This document shows positions 23,739 to 35,827 of a DNA stretch of 64,000 nucleotides, piece after piece (position 1 is the stretch's first letter; each line of letters starts with the position of its first letter). The notes under the pieces are model-generated. The model was given only the letters and a program-made list of their open reading frames with translations. It was not told the origin of the DNA and made no database searches. Source of the stretch: Candidatus Sericytochromatia bacterium (GTDB taxonomy: Bacteria > Cyanobacteriota > Sericytochromatia > S15B-MN24 > VGJW01); the NCBI GenBank assembly GCA_035285865.1, contig JAYKHS010000015.1, positions 14,453 to 78,452 on the forward strand, in the 5' to 3' direction. Position numbers and translations under genes: made by a program.

Positions 23739-24680
23739 ATGCCAACCCTGCCCGACAGGATTCGCGTGGTCGAGGTCGGTCCCCGGGACGGCCTGCAGAA
23801 CGAGGCAGCCCACGTGCCCACCGAGCGGAAGATTCGCCTCGTGGAGGCCCTCGGTGAGGCCGGACTTCCCGCGATCGAGATGACGGCTTTCGTCCATCCG
23901 CGGTGGATTCCGCAGATGGCAGACGCCGCCGAGGTCGCCGCCGGGGTCCGTCGGCGGGAGGGTGTGGCTTACAGCGCGCTCGTCCCCAATCTCAAAGGCT
24001 ATGCTGCTGCGGCCGCAGCCGATGTCCCCGTGGTCGCCGTTTTCATGTCGGCCACCGAGACCCATTCGCGCCGGAACCTGAACAAGGGCATCTCCGAAGC
24101 CATCGAGGCCCTGCGCGAGGTGACGGAGGCGGCTCAGGCCGATGGACGGCGCGTGCGGGCCTACCTCTCCGTGGTGTTCGGATGCCCCTACGAGGGTGAT
24201 GTTTCACCCGGGGCGACCCTCGCGATTGCGCGGCAACTGGACGCGATGGGCATCGGCGAACTCTCGCTTGGCGACACGACGGGCATGGCCAATCCTTCCC
24301 AAGTGCGTCGGCTCGTCGCGGCGCTGCGCGAGGCCGTTCCCGGGATGGACCTCGCGGGGCACTTCCACGACACCCGTGGCACGGCACTGGCCAACACCTA
24401 TGCGGCCATGCTCGAGGGGCTGGACATCTTCGATGCTTCGGTCGGGGGACTTGGCGGCTGCCCCTATGCCCCGGGTGCATCCGGCAATCTGTCCACCAAC
24501 GACCTCGTCGCGATGATGGAAGGCATGGGCGTGGCCACGGGCGTGGACCGGGAGCAACTGCTCGACGTGACGCGCTGGATCTGTCTGGACGTGCTGGGGG
24601 TGCCCATTCCCAGCCGCGAGGCGACGGCGGAACTGGCGCGCCGGGCCAAGGCGGCCCGCGTGTCGGCCGAGCGGGCCTGA
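23739..24680 (+). CDS. hydroxymethylglutaryl-CoA lyase
   Basis: EVGPRDGLQNE, LGDTTG, HFHDTRG, GLGGCPYAPGASGN. Confidence 0.95.
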   Translation: MPTLPDRIRVVEVGPRDGLQNEAAHVPTERKIRLVEALGEAGLPAIEMTAFVHPRWIPQMADAAEVAAGVRRREGVAYSALVPNLKGYAAAAAADVPVVAVFMSATETHSRRNLNKGISEAIEALREVTEAAQADGRRVRAYLSVVFGCPYEGDVSPGATLAIARQLDAMGIGELSLGDTTGMANPSQVRRLVAALREAVPGMDLAGHFHDTRGTALANTYAAMLEGLDIFDASVGGLGGCPYAPGASGNLSTNDLVAMMEGMGVATGVDREQLLDVTRWICLDVLGVPIPSREATAELARRAKAARVSAERA

Positions 24681-24713
24681 CGCCGGGGGCGGGTGCAAGG
24701 AAGGATTTCGGAC

Positions 24714-25493
24714 ATGGAACGGATGCATCGTCTCGAGCGCGAGGGCCACGTGGTCACGCTCGTTCTGGATCGGCCGGACGCGGCGAACGCCCTCTGCTTT
24801 CCGATGCTGCTGCAGCTGCGCGCGGAACTCGAGAGCCTGCGCCATGACCGCGACATCCGCGTGCTGGTCGTGACGGGTTCGGGCGCCAAGGCCTTCTGTG
24901 CCGGAGCGGACCTGAAGGAGCGGGCCGGGATGTCCCAGGACCAGGTCCGGCGCTTCATCGTCGAGATCCGGGGCCTGATGGACGACATCGCGGCGATGCC
25001 TTGCCCCGTCGTGGCGGCGTTGAATGGCCTGGCCCTCGGGGGCGGCACCGAACTCGCACTTGCGGCGGACATCCGGATTGCGGCCGACCACGTCCTGATG
25101 GGCCTTACGGAGACCGGGCTCGGCATCATCCCGGGAGCGGGAGGCACGCAGCGGCTCCCGCGCCTGATCGGCCTGCCGCGGGCCAAGGAGCTCATCTTCA
25201 CGGCGCGCCGCGTCGCCATGGACGAGGCCCTGGCGATCGGGCTGGTGCAGCGGGTCGTGCCCGCCACGGACCTCGCGGCGGCCGTTGCCGAACTGACCGG
25301 ACGCATCGCGGCCAATGCGCCGCGCGCGGTCGAGATGGCCAAGTGGGCGATGGATCGGGGTTACGAGACGGACCTGTGCACGGGCCTCGAGATCGAGGAG
25401 CGCGCCTACGGCGCCATCATTCCCACCCGCGATCGGCTCGAGGGGCTGGCAGCGTTTCGCGAGAAGCGCGCTCCCGTCTACACGGGGGAGTGA
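24714..25493 (+). CDS. enoyl-CoA hydratase/methylglutaconyl-CoA hydratase (crotonase)
   Basis: AFCAGADLKER, ALGGGTELALAADIR, PGAGGTQRLPRLIG, AFREKRAPVYTGE. Confidence 0.92.
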   Translation: MERMHRLEREGHVVTLVLDRPDAANALCFPMLLQLRAELESLRHDRDIRVLVVTGSGAKAFCAGADLKERAGMSQDQVRRFIVEIRGLMDDIAAMPCPVVAALNGLALGGGTELALAADIRIAADHVLMGLTETGLGIIPGAGGTQRLPRLIGLPRAKELIFTARRVAMDEALAIGLVQRVVPATDLAAAVAELTGRIAANAPRAVEMAKWAMDRGYETDLCTGLEIEERAYGAIIPTRDRLEGLAAFREKRAPVYTGE

Positions 25494-25546
25494 GGCTCCT
25501 CACGCTCCTTGTTGGGTCTCTTCGGGGATGAGGGTACGGTTTCCTC

Positions 25547-25879
25547 ATGCAGCCGCATCCTTCCCAGGCCTTCGAACACCTCGCCCTTCGCTGCGCTTCC
25601 GCCTTGCAGGTCGGTGTCGTCGTCGACGCGATCTACGACGTCAACGAGCACGTCTACGGTGGCGAACCCGTGCTGTGGGCACAAGTCGATGTTTCCGGGG
25701 ACGGCTCGGGACTCGGTGACGGGACCGTGCTCCTGATCGGGGCCTCCGCACCGGACGCGCTCGTGCATCTCGTGGCGACGATGGCTCGCCTGCATGCCTC
25801 GCTGCCTGCCTCTGCCACGCCGACGCTGCGGGACCGCCTCGGGAGCTGGGTGGCGCGCATCCTGCGCCGCCAACGCTGA
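25547..25879 (+). CDS. hypothetical protein
   Basis: 110-aa ORF fills the gap between co-oriented genes; no recognised motif. Confidence 0.4.
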   Translation: MQPHPSQAFEHLALRCASALQVGVVVDAIYDVNEHVYGGEPVLWAQVDVSGDGSGLGDGTVLLIGASAPDALVHLVATMARLHASLPASATPTLRDRLGSWVARILRRQR

Positions 25880-25952
25880 GGCTCGTCGTCATGTTCGCCT
25901 TGCCCCTCGTGTCCCGCCTGCCTATCATGGGACTTTCGAGGAGAAGTGTGCG

Positions 25953-27503
25953 ATGACGACCACCCCTGCGGCTCCGGCCACCGAAGCCCCGACCCTTCAT
26001 GACCGCCTTGCCCGCATCACTGCGGGCGGCGCCCCCAAGTACCACGAGGCAGCCGCCCGTTCCGGCAAGCTGTTCGTTCGCGAACGCCTGCGGCTGTTGC
26101 TGGACGAGGGAACCTTCCTCGAGGAGGGTGCCTTCGCCAACTGCGATGCACCTGATCTGCCGGCTGATGGCGTCGTGACGGGTGTCGGGCGCATTCACGG
26201 CCGTACCGTCTGCGTCATGGCCAACGACTCGACCGTCAAGGCCGGCTCGTGGGGGTCGCGCACCGTCGAGAAGATCCTGCGCATCCAGGAGACGGCCATC
26301 CGCTTGCGCGTGCCCATGCTGTATCTCGTGGACTCTGCCGGTGCCCGAATCACCGACCAGGTCGAGATGTTCCCCGGACGCCGCGGTGCCGGTCGCATCT
26401 TCCACAATCAGGTGCGGATGAGCGGCTTCGTCCCCCAGGTCTGCCTGCTCTTCGGCCCGTCCGCTGCCGGCGGGGCGTACATTCCGGCCTTCTGCGACGT
26501 CGTCGTCATGGTCGAAGGGAACGCCTCGGCCTACCTTGGCTCGCCCCGCATGGCCGAGATGGTCATCGGCGAGAAGGTTTCTCTGGAGGAGATGGGCGGC
26601 GCCCGGATGCACTGCAGCGTTTCCGGTGTCGGCGACGTGCTGGTCAAGACCGAGCCCGAGGCCATCGACTGGCTGCGCCGGTACCTCGGTTACTTCCCCC
26701 AGAACTTCGCCGGCGTCCCTGACCTGGCTCCTGCGGTGGCTCCCAAGGCCGGCAAGGAAATCGCCGACATCATTCCCCGCAACCAGAACCAGCCTTTCGA
26801 CATGCAGCAGCTCATCGACCGCCTCGTGGACGAAAGCTCGTGGCTGGAGATCAAGAAGCTCTTCGCGGGCGAGCTCCTGACCGGCCTTGCCCGTATCGGC
26901 GGTCAGCCCGTCGGCATTCTCGCCAACCAGTCACGGGTCAAGGGTGGGGTGCTGTTCACGGATTCGTCCGACAAGGGTGCCCGTTTCATCACGTTGTGCG
27001 ACGCTTTCAGCATTCCGTTGCTCTTCCTTGCGGACGTGCCGGGTTTCATGATCGGCTCGGCCGTCGAGCGTTCCGGCATCATCCGGCACGGGGCCAAGTT
27101 CATCTCGGCCATGGCTTCCGCCCAGGTGCCCAAGATCAGCGTCGTCGTCCGCAAGGCCTATGGTGCCGGTCTCTATGCCATGGCTGGCCCGGCCTTCGAG
27201 CCGGACATCTGCCTCGCGTTGCCCACGGCAAAGATTGCGGTCATGGGGCCTGAGGCTGCCGTGAACGCCGTCTACGCCAACAAGATCGCCGAGTTGCCCG
27301 AGGACCAGCGCGAGGCCTATGTCGCCGAGAAACGTGCCGAGTACGAGCGTGACATCGACCTGTATCGTCTGGCCTCCGAAATGGTCATCGATGGAGTCGT
27401 GCCGCCCGAGCAGCTCCGCGATGAGCTTTGTGCCCGACTCGCGGCCTGTCGCAGTCGGGAGACCGCCGACCTGCCCAAGCGTCGTCCCGTCACGCCCGTC
27501 TAG
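25953..27503 (+). CDS. acyl-CoA carboxylase carboxyltransferase (YngE/methylcrotonyl-CoA carboxylase beta-like)
   Basis: GKLFVRERL, DSAGARI, GPSAAGGAY, EEMGGARMH, DVPGFMIG, RKAYGAG. Confidence 0.92.
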   Translation: MTTTPAAPATEAPTLHDRLARITAGGAPKYHEAAARSGKLFVRERLRLLLDEGTFLEEGAFANCDAPDLPADGVVTGVGRIHGRTVCVMANDSTVKAGSWGSRTVEKILRIQETAIRLRVPMLYLVDSAGARITDQVEMFPGRRGAGRIFHNQVRMSGFVPQVCLLFGPSAAGGAYIPAFCDVVVMVEGNASAYLGSPRMAEMVIGEKVSLEEMGGARMHCSVSGVGDVLVKTEPEAIDWLRRYLGYFPQNFAGVPDLAPAVAPKAGKEIADIIPRNQNQPFDMQQLIDRLVDESSWLEIKKLFAGELLTGLARIGGQPVGILANQSRVKGGVLFTDSSDKGARFITLCDAFSIPLLFLADVPGFMIGSAVERSGIIRHGAKFISAMASAQVPKISVVVRKAYGAGLYAMAGPAFEPDICLALPTAKIAVMGPEAAVNAVYANKIAELPEDQREAYVAEKRAEYERDIDLYRLASEMVIDGVVPPEQLRDELCARLAACRSRETADLPKRRPVTPV

Positions 27504-27536
27504 CCTGCGTCGTCCAGTTCCCGAGGAGGCCCGTCC

Positions 27537-28208
27537 ATGGCTGAACCCGAAGCCGAACCCCAGAAGGACGTCGAACTCGTGCCTGAGCCCGGCACGGTTC
27601 GCAAGAACTTCGGACCGCTCGCCTTCGACATCAACGCCGATGAGGCGTTGGCCACCATCCTGTCCGAGCTGTCGACCGAGCGCGAGAATCGCCGCAAGGC
27701 CATTCGCTGGGCTTGCCATCAGGAGATGGAGATCGCCCTGCCCGGTGCTCAGGAATACCATCGGGCCATGATCTTCGACCTGTCGGCCGGAGGCATGCGG
27801 GTCAAGCCTTTGGAGACCCTCTCCAAGAAGAGTCTTCCTGTCGGCATCAGCGTCCACATCCGTCTCGCCACCGAGTTCGGCTCCTTCAGGGGCAGGGCAC
27901 GGGTCGTGCGGCTCTCCGAGAATGGCCAGTTGGGCATCGAGTTGCAGTCGCTCTCCACGGCCATGAAGGAGATCCTGGCCCAGGAGGTGGCGCGCATCCA
28001 GGCGAGGGCAGCGGGCAACCAGCCACTCTCCCGGCGGCGGAAGGTCGTCAAGTCGGAGCTGGTCGAGCAGTTGGTCCAGCGCGCAGAGCCCCTGCCTACC
28101 CAGAACCAGAAGGTCAACGACGATCTGCGGCGCGGCGGATCGCTGATGGATTCTCTGGTCGAGGGCCGCCAGCGCCCGCGGGATGTCCACTCGCGCTGGG
28201 TCCGCTAG
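27537..28208 (+). CDS. PilZ domain protein
   Basis: RRKAIR (RxxxR) followed by DLSAGGM (DxSxxG); ARVVR..LGIEL. Confidence 0.8.
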   Translation: MAEPEAEPQKDVELVPEPGTVRKNFGPLAFDINADEALATILSELSTERENRRKAIRWACHQEMEIALPGAQEYHRAMIFDLSAGGMRVKPLETLSKKSLPVGISVHIRLATEFGSFRGRARVVRLSENGQLGIELQSLSTAMKEILAQEVARIQARAAGNQPLSRRRKVVKSELVEQLVQRAEPLPTQNQKVNDDLRRGGSLMDSLVEGRQRPRDVHSRWVR

Positions 28209-28241
28209 GGGCCGCGGAGCCGCCCCTGGCCCCGTGGTACG

Positions 28242-28787
28242 ATGACGGCCGTGTCCGGCGTGCGTGGAGCCCTCTGCGGCGTGGCGCTCCTACTGGGAGC
28301 GTGCACGTCCACCGGTGCTGAGGTCGCGGACTCCGGGGCCTTGCCCGGCATGACAGGTCTGGTGCTCCGGGACATGCCTGGTGGCCGGATTCAGTGGGAA
28401 TTGCGCGCCGACCGTGTGCGCGAAGGCGCTGCCACCACCCGCCTCGAGGGCGTACGGATGTTGTGGCAGGTGCCCGGTCGGCCGGGAGTGCGCGCGCAGG
28501 CTCCTTCCGGAGTCTGGGATGCGGCCCAGGGCCAGATGGATCTGGTCGGTCCGCTCCGCGTGGATCTGCCGGGTCGGGACGTGGCCGTTCGTGCCCAGGG
28601 GCTCGTCTGGCGCCGCGACACGCGCAGCATCGCGTTGACGGGGGGGCTCGAAGTCCGGCGGGGTCGCAGCCTGCTGATTGCCGAGTCTCTCGAGGCCGAC
28701 GAGGGTCTTCGTCGCCTGCGCATGCGCGGCAAGGTCCGCCTTGCCGTGCCCCTTGCCGTGCTGGACGGCAAGGCAGGTGGTGCGTGA
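28242..28787 (+). CDS. lptC: LptC-like LPS export periplasmic protein
   Basis: WELRAD, APSGVWD, GLVW beta-jellyroll pattern; first gene of lpt cluster. Confidence 0.65.
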   Translation: MTAVSGVRGALCGVALLLGACTSTGAEVADSGALPGMTGLVLRDMPGGRIQWELRADRVREGAATTRLEGVRMLWQVPGRPGVRAQAPSGVWDAAQGQMDLVGPLRVDLPGRDVAVRAQGLVWRRDTRSIALTGGLEVRRGRSLLIAESLEADEGLRRLRMRGKVRLAVPLAVLDGKAGGA

Positions 28788-29230
28788 TGGCGATGCCCCC
28801 GACGGCGCTTGCCCGCGCGATCGGACTCGCGAGTCTGGTCGTGGCTGGTGTGCTTGCGCCCGGGCTGGTCGTGGCGGCTCCCGGAAGGCCTTCTGCGGGT
28901 ACACCGGTGCCGATTGACCTGCTCGAACTCGAGGCCGAGCGCACCGAATATGACGACAAGGCGCGGGTTTACGTGCTGGCTGGAAAGGTGCGCATTCGCA
29001 TGCGCGACATTCAGGTCACGTGTCGCGAGGCCATCCTCGAGATGGATGCCCGGGGAGAGGGTCTGCAGGTGATGCGCCTGAAAGGCGGGGTCCGGGCCGT
29101 GCGTGGCCGTCAGGTCTTCCGTGGCGAGCGCATGACGTGGCTGGCTTCCGCAAGACGTTTCGTGGCCGAAGGTGAGGTCGAAGCACGCGTGCCGTGGCCG
29201 TCCGCGGCGACATCGGAGGCCAGACCTTGA
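28787..29230 (+). CDS. lptA: LptA/OstA-like protein
   Basis: signal peptide; LEAERTEYD..GKVRI..GGVRAVRG..GERMTW; TGATG coupling. Confidence 0.7.
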   Translation: MAMPPTALARAIGLASLVVAGVLAPGLVVAAPGRPSAGTPVPIDLLELEAERTEYDDKARVYVLAGKVRIRMRDIQVTCREAILEMDARGEGLQVMRLKGGVRAVRGRQVFRGERMTWLASARRFVAEGEVEARVPWPSAATSEARP

Positions 29231-29939
29231 TCCAGACCGAACAGTTGGTGAAGGTCTATCGCGGTCGCCGCGTCGTCAATCAGGTCAGCATCAATGTCCG
29301 TCGGAACGAGATCGTGGGCCTGCTGGGCCCCAACGGTGCCGGCAAGACCACGACCTTCTACATGGTCGTCGGCCTCGTGCGTCCGAACGAGGGTGCCGTC
29401 CAGCTGGATGGCGAGCCCATCGCCCACCTGCCGATGCACCTGCGCGCGCGCAAGGGTATCGGCTATCTGGCGCAGGAGCCCTCCGTATTCCGGAAGTTGT
29501 CGGTCGAGGAGAACCTGCTGGCCGTCTGGGAGCTCCTGGGCATGCCCAAGGATGTCCAGCGTCGGCGTCTGGAGGAGCTGCTGGACGAGTTCAGCATCCA
29601 GAAGATCCGCAAGTCCAAGGGGATGCAACTGTCGGGTGGTGAGCGGCGCCGCGTCGAGATTGCCCGGGCACTGGCCACGGATCCCTCCTTCATCCTGCTG
29701 GACGAGCCGTTCTCCGGCATCGATCCTCTGGCCATCGCGGACATCCAGAAGATGCTCAGGCACCTGCGGTCGCGGAACCTTGGCCTGCTCATCACGGATC
29801 ACAACGTCCGCGACACCCTGAAGATCGTCGACCGCGCATACATCATTGATTCGGGGACCATCCTCTTCGAGGGCACCCCCGACGAGATCGTGGCTTCCGA
29901 GGTCGCCCGCAAGCATTACCTGGGCGAAGAGTTCGGCCT

Positions 29940-29943
<4 letters not shown>
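29227..29943 (+). CDS. lptB: LPS export ABC ATPase
   Basis: GLLGPNGAGKTTTFYM, GYLAQEPSVFRKL, LSGGERRRVEIARAL, ITDHNVRDTL, YLGEEF. Confidence 0.96.
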
Positions 29944-32391
<2,448 letters not shown>

Positions 32392-32406
32392 TCAGCCCGA
32401 ATGCAC

Positions 32407-32441
32407 GCGGGGCCTGTCCGGGACAACCGGGCAGGCCCCGC
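32407..32441. terminator. GC-rich hairpin between convergent ahcY and the Rdx gene
   Basis: GCGGGGCCTGTCCGG-GACAA-CCGGGCAGGCCCCGC. Confidence 0.6.
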
Positions 32442-32454
32442 CATCTTGAGGGCT

Positions 32455-32679
32455 TCAGACCAGCGGGCGCAGCCGGTCGAGGACTTCGGGTCCCTCCGGA
32501 AACTCGCCGGTCTCGTGCTTGGAATACAACAGCGCCTGACCGGCGTGCACGTCGAAGATGCCGCGGCTGCCGGGCACCAGGGTCACGGTGACGGGAAACT
32601 CCTGCTTGATGAGGGCCGCCAACCTGGTGGCCTCGGGCAGGTAATCTCACATCGTGCAGTAGGTAATCCGAATATCCAT
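32455..32679 (-). CDS. Rdx family (SelW/SelT/SelH-like) selenoprotein, 74 aa, Sec at codon 11
   Basis: Manual translation MDIRITYCTM[UGA]DYLPEATRLAALIKQEFPVTVTLVPGSRGIFDVHAGQALLYSKHETGEFPEGPEVLDRLRPLV*; AAGGTG RBS; SECIS-like hairpin. Confidence 0.88.
32601..32646 (-). promoter_or_regulatory. bacterial SECIS-like element
   Basis: Directly 3' of UGA: CCUGC..GAGGCC-A-CCA-[GGU]-UGG-C-GGC(C)CUC..GCAGG; apical loop 22 nt from UGA. Confidence 0.7.
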
Positions 32680-32731
32680 GTCCGGCACCTTACGGCAAAC
32701 CGCTTGGCCTCGCAAGGTGATAAAGTGGACC

Positions 32732-34240
32732 ATGCCCAACAGTGCGACAGAGCGTCCCGAGTTCCGTTCCTTTCATCTTCGGCGTGAACTCCTCGAGGGC
32801 CTTGCAGAGATGGGCTATGCCACGGCGACGCCCGTGCAGGCCCTCGCCATTCCCTCCGTTCAGGAGGGGGGTGACTGGTTGGTCCAGGCCAAGACCGGTT
32901 CTGGCAAGACGCTGGCCTTCGGTCTGCCTCTGCTGAATCGTGTCGACCTGCATCGGCCGGACTGCCAGGTCCTGGTCGTGGTGCCGACGCGTGAACTGGC
33001 GCTGCAAGTGGCAACCGAACTCGAACGCGCGGGCGCGTCACTGGGCATCGTCATCGGGGCCGTCTTCGGCGGCATTCCCATCAAGGAACATGTCACGACG
33101 GCGCAGTGGGCAACGGTGCTGGTCGGCACGCCCGGGCGCCTGCGGGACTTGCTCGAGCGCGGCATGCTGCGGCTTGACCATGTGCGGTCGGTGGTTCTCG
33201 ACGAGGCCGACGAGATGCTGGACATGGGCTTCAAGGTCGACCTCGAGTTCATCCTCGATGCCGCGCGTCAACGCCAACAGACCCTCTTCTTCTCGGCCAC
33301 CTTCCCGCCCGAAATCCTGAAGATCGCCAAGCGCACCCTCAAGGATCCCCGTCGTCTGCAGGCCCAGCCCGAGGAGCAGACGCCCACCACCATCGAGCAT
33401 CGTGTGGTCCGGGTCAGCCAGGAGAAGAAGTTCGAGGCGCTCGCCCGTTTGCTCAAGGGTGAACACGTCACCCAGGGCATCATCTTCTGCAACACCAAGA
33501 CCGAGACTCCGTGGCTGACGCGCCGTCTTCGTGCCCAGGGCTTTTCTGCCGACTGCATCCACGGTGACATGGGCCAGCAGGACCGCCTGAAGGTCATGGA
33601 CCGCTACAAGGCTCAGGGCTTCACGATTCTGGTGGCGACCGAAGTTGCGGCGCGGGGCCTCGACATCGCCGGCATCAGCCACGTCGTCAACTATTCGGTG
33701 CCCAATAACCCCGAAGTGTACTTCCATCGCTGCGGTCGCACCGGCAGAGCCGGACGCAGCGGCGTCGCGATCACGATGGTGACGCCGCCCGAGGAGCGGC
33801 AGTTTGCCCGGATCGAGGAGGCGCTGGCTGCCCGCAGGCCCAAGGGTGTCAAATCGGAGAAGCCGGCTGCGCGCGCCGAGGCCCCGACTGCGTCCCCAGA
33901 CCGCGCCGAGTCTGCCCGCGTTGCCGAACCGGCACGTGGTGAGGGGCGGGCACCTTCACGGGAACCTGCTTCCCGCGAGCGTCCGGCATCGCAGGCCGAC
34001 AATCGTGACCGTGCTCCCCGCGAGCCGCAACCTGAGCGCAACGGTGCACGGAGCCGCAATCGCGGAAAGGGGCTCAAGGTCGCCTCGGATGATCTCATCG
34101 CCTATGCCGGGTCGACGGCCGATGCGCACCACGCGCTGGCGCGCCACCTGCTTCACGCCGGTGATCCCGTCACGCTGGTGTCTGCGTTGCTGGCCGTGCA
34201 TCCGCTCGTGCACGAGGCCGCCCGGCAGCAACAGTCCTGA
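32732..34240 (+). CDS. DEAD-box RNA helicase
   Basis: TPVQ, AKTGSGKT, PTRELA, TPGR, DEAD, SAT, AARGLD, HRCGRTGRAG. Confidence 0.95.
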   Translation: MPNSATERPEFRSFHLRRELLEGLAEMGYATATPVQALAIPSVQEGGDWLVQAKTGSGKTLAFGLPLLNRVDLHRPDCQVLVVVPTRELALQVATELERAGASLGIVIGAVFGGIPIKEHVTTAQWATVLVGTPGRLRDLLERGMLRLDHVRSVVLDEADEMLDMGFKVDLEFILDAARQRQQTLFFSATFPPEILKIAKRTLKDPRRLQAQPEEQTPTTIEHRVVRVSQEKKFEALARLLKGEHVTQGIIFCNTKTETPWLTRRLRAQGFSADCIHGDMGQQDRLKVMDRYKAQGFTILVATEVAARGLDIAGISHVVNYSVPNNPEVYFHRCGRTGRAGRSGVAITMVTPPEERQFARIEEALAARRPKGVKSEKPAARAEAPTASPDRAESARVAEPARGEGRAPSREPASRERPASQADNRDRAPREPQPERNGARSRNRGKGLKVASDDLIAYAGSTADAHHALARHLLHAGDPVTLVSALLAVHPLVHEAARQQQS

Positions 34241-34327
34241 GCGATTGTTCGTCATTCATTAAGAATCCGTTGCGCCCGGTCGGCGGGCCGCCTTGCGGGG
34301 TCACAATGCATGCAGGAGGGCCCCCCA

Positions 34328-35818
34328 ATGTCCGACAGGATGGCCATCGGCCGCCAGACAGGGACCCGACCGCTCAACGGTCCGGGCACCCGTCCGATGG
34401 GGCAGACGAATCCCCTGCGGGAGACGGGACGTTTCGTCCGTGACGTCTTCGTCGGGGGTGGCGAGGCCGTGGTGGACATGGCCAAGGGGTTGTGGCAAGT
34501 GGTGTCCCACCCCATCCAGACGGCCAAGGGCATCGGTTCCCTCGCCGCGATGGTCATCCGTAATCCGGGCGAGGGTTTGAGGACCATCGGCGCGGCGCTT
34601 GTCGAGCCCTATACTCAGGCGATGAAGGAGGGACGGCCGGGCAAGGCCCTCGGACGAGGCATCGTCGAGATCGGTTCGTTGTTCCTGGGGCCGACCGAGG
34701 TCGTGCAGGGCGTGAAGTCGGCGGCCAACTTCGGTCGTGGGGCCGTCGGCGCCGTCAAGGCGGGGGCCACCGTCGGCGAGGCAGCCAAGGCAGGCTATCT
34801 CGCGGCCAAGTGGTCGGGTGAGGCCAGCCAACTCGCGGCGAAGGCGCAGCAATTGGCCAAGCTGGGCCACGTGGCCGAAGCCAGCCAGCTGACCCGGATG
34901 GCGGGTGCCTTCGGCCGAGGGGCGCATGCCGCCAAGGTCGGTCAACTCTCCCGTTTCGGCCATTACGCCGCCATTCTCGAGCGACCATTCGCCATTCGCG
35001 TCGCCGGGCAGATGATGTCCAGCGCTGACCTGATGATGCGCAGCCAGAGCCTGCTCTCGTCGGGCAGGATCCTGGGGCAGGCCGGTGCACGCGCCGCTGC
35101 CTTGGGTGGCGAGGCGGCCGAGCAGGCCGCGCGTGTCCAGGCCGTGGCCAAGGCCCTGCAGGCGGGTCAGGTCATCGATTCGGGCGTCGTGCGCGCGCTG
35201 CTCGAGGGCCAGAAGTCCCTGGCGATGCTCGACGGGGCCGGCCGCCTGGCTGCCGGGGGGCTCGTAGCCGGCAATCTGGCTTCGGACGCCGCACAGGTTG
35301 CGGCCAAGGTTCCCGTCTGGGAGCGCTTTGCTCAGACGGCTGCCCGCTTTGCTGTCTCCAACCCCATCATTCTGTTCCCGATTGCTCCGGCGGCCGGCGT
35401 GGCGCTGGACGCTCTCGGGCGTATCGGCCCCGTTCGGGAGTTCCTCGAGGCACCGGGTGATGGCGAGGAACTGGCGCGCAAGCATGGCGTGGCGACTGAC
35501 CCGGACAATGTCCGGCGTTTCATGGATGAAATCGGTGGATACGCGACCCGCGCCATCGGTCCGGACGTGGGCACTCCGGACAAGGTGCGCGATTTGCAGT
35601 TGGTGCTCAGGGGAATCGGGTACGCCACCGAGCCGACCGGCCAGTGGGACGAGAACACGTCGCGTGCGGTCATCGACTTCAAGCGGCGGCAGGGCATGCA
35701 TCAGGACTATCGCTTGCAGGACGGTCATTACGCGGTCAACGAATACGTCACCGAGGACGTCATCGAGCGCATGGTGGACGTCGCCGAGGGGACGCAGCAG
35801 GCTCGCTCAGGCCGCTGA
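34328..35818 (+). CDS. Ala/Gly-rich helical protein with C-terminal peptidoglycan-binding-like domain
   Basis: GGAGG RBS; C-terminal VRDLQLVLRGIGY...TGQWDENTSRAVIDFKRRQGM resembles PG_binding_1. Confidence 0.65.
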   Translation: MSDRMAIGRQTGTRPLNGPGTRPMGQTNPLRETGRFVRDVFVGGGEAVVDMAKGLWQVVSHPIQTAKGIGSLAAMVIRNPGEGLRTIGAALVEPYTQAMKEGRPGKALGRGIVEIGSLFLGPTEVVQGVKSAANFGRGAVGAVKAGATVGEAAKAGYLAAKWSGEASQLAAKAQQLAKLGHVAEASQLTRMAGAFGRGAHAAKVGQLSRFGHYAAILERPFAIRVAGQMMSSADLMMRSQSLLSSGRILGQAGARAAALGGEAAEQAARVQAVAKALQAGQVIDSGVVRALLEGQKSLAMLDGAGRLAAGGLVAGNLASDAAQVAAKVPVWERFAQTAARFAVSNPIILFPIAPAAGVALDALGRIGPVREFLEAPGDGEELARKHGVATDPDNVRRFMDEIGGYATRAIGPDVGTPDKVRDLQLVLRGIGYATEPTGQWDENTSRAVIDFKRRQGMHQDYRLQDGHYAVNEYVTEDVIERMVDVAEGTQQARSGR

Positions 35819-35827
35819 GCGGAACCT

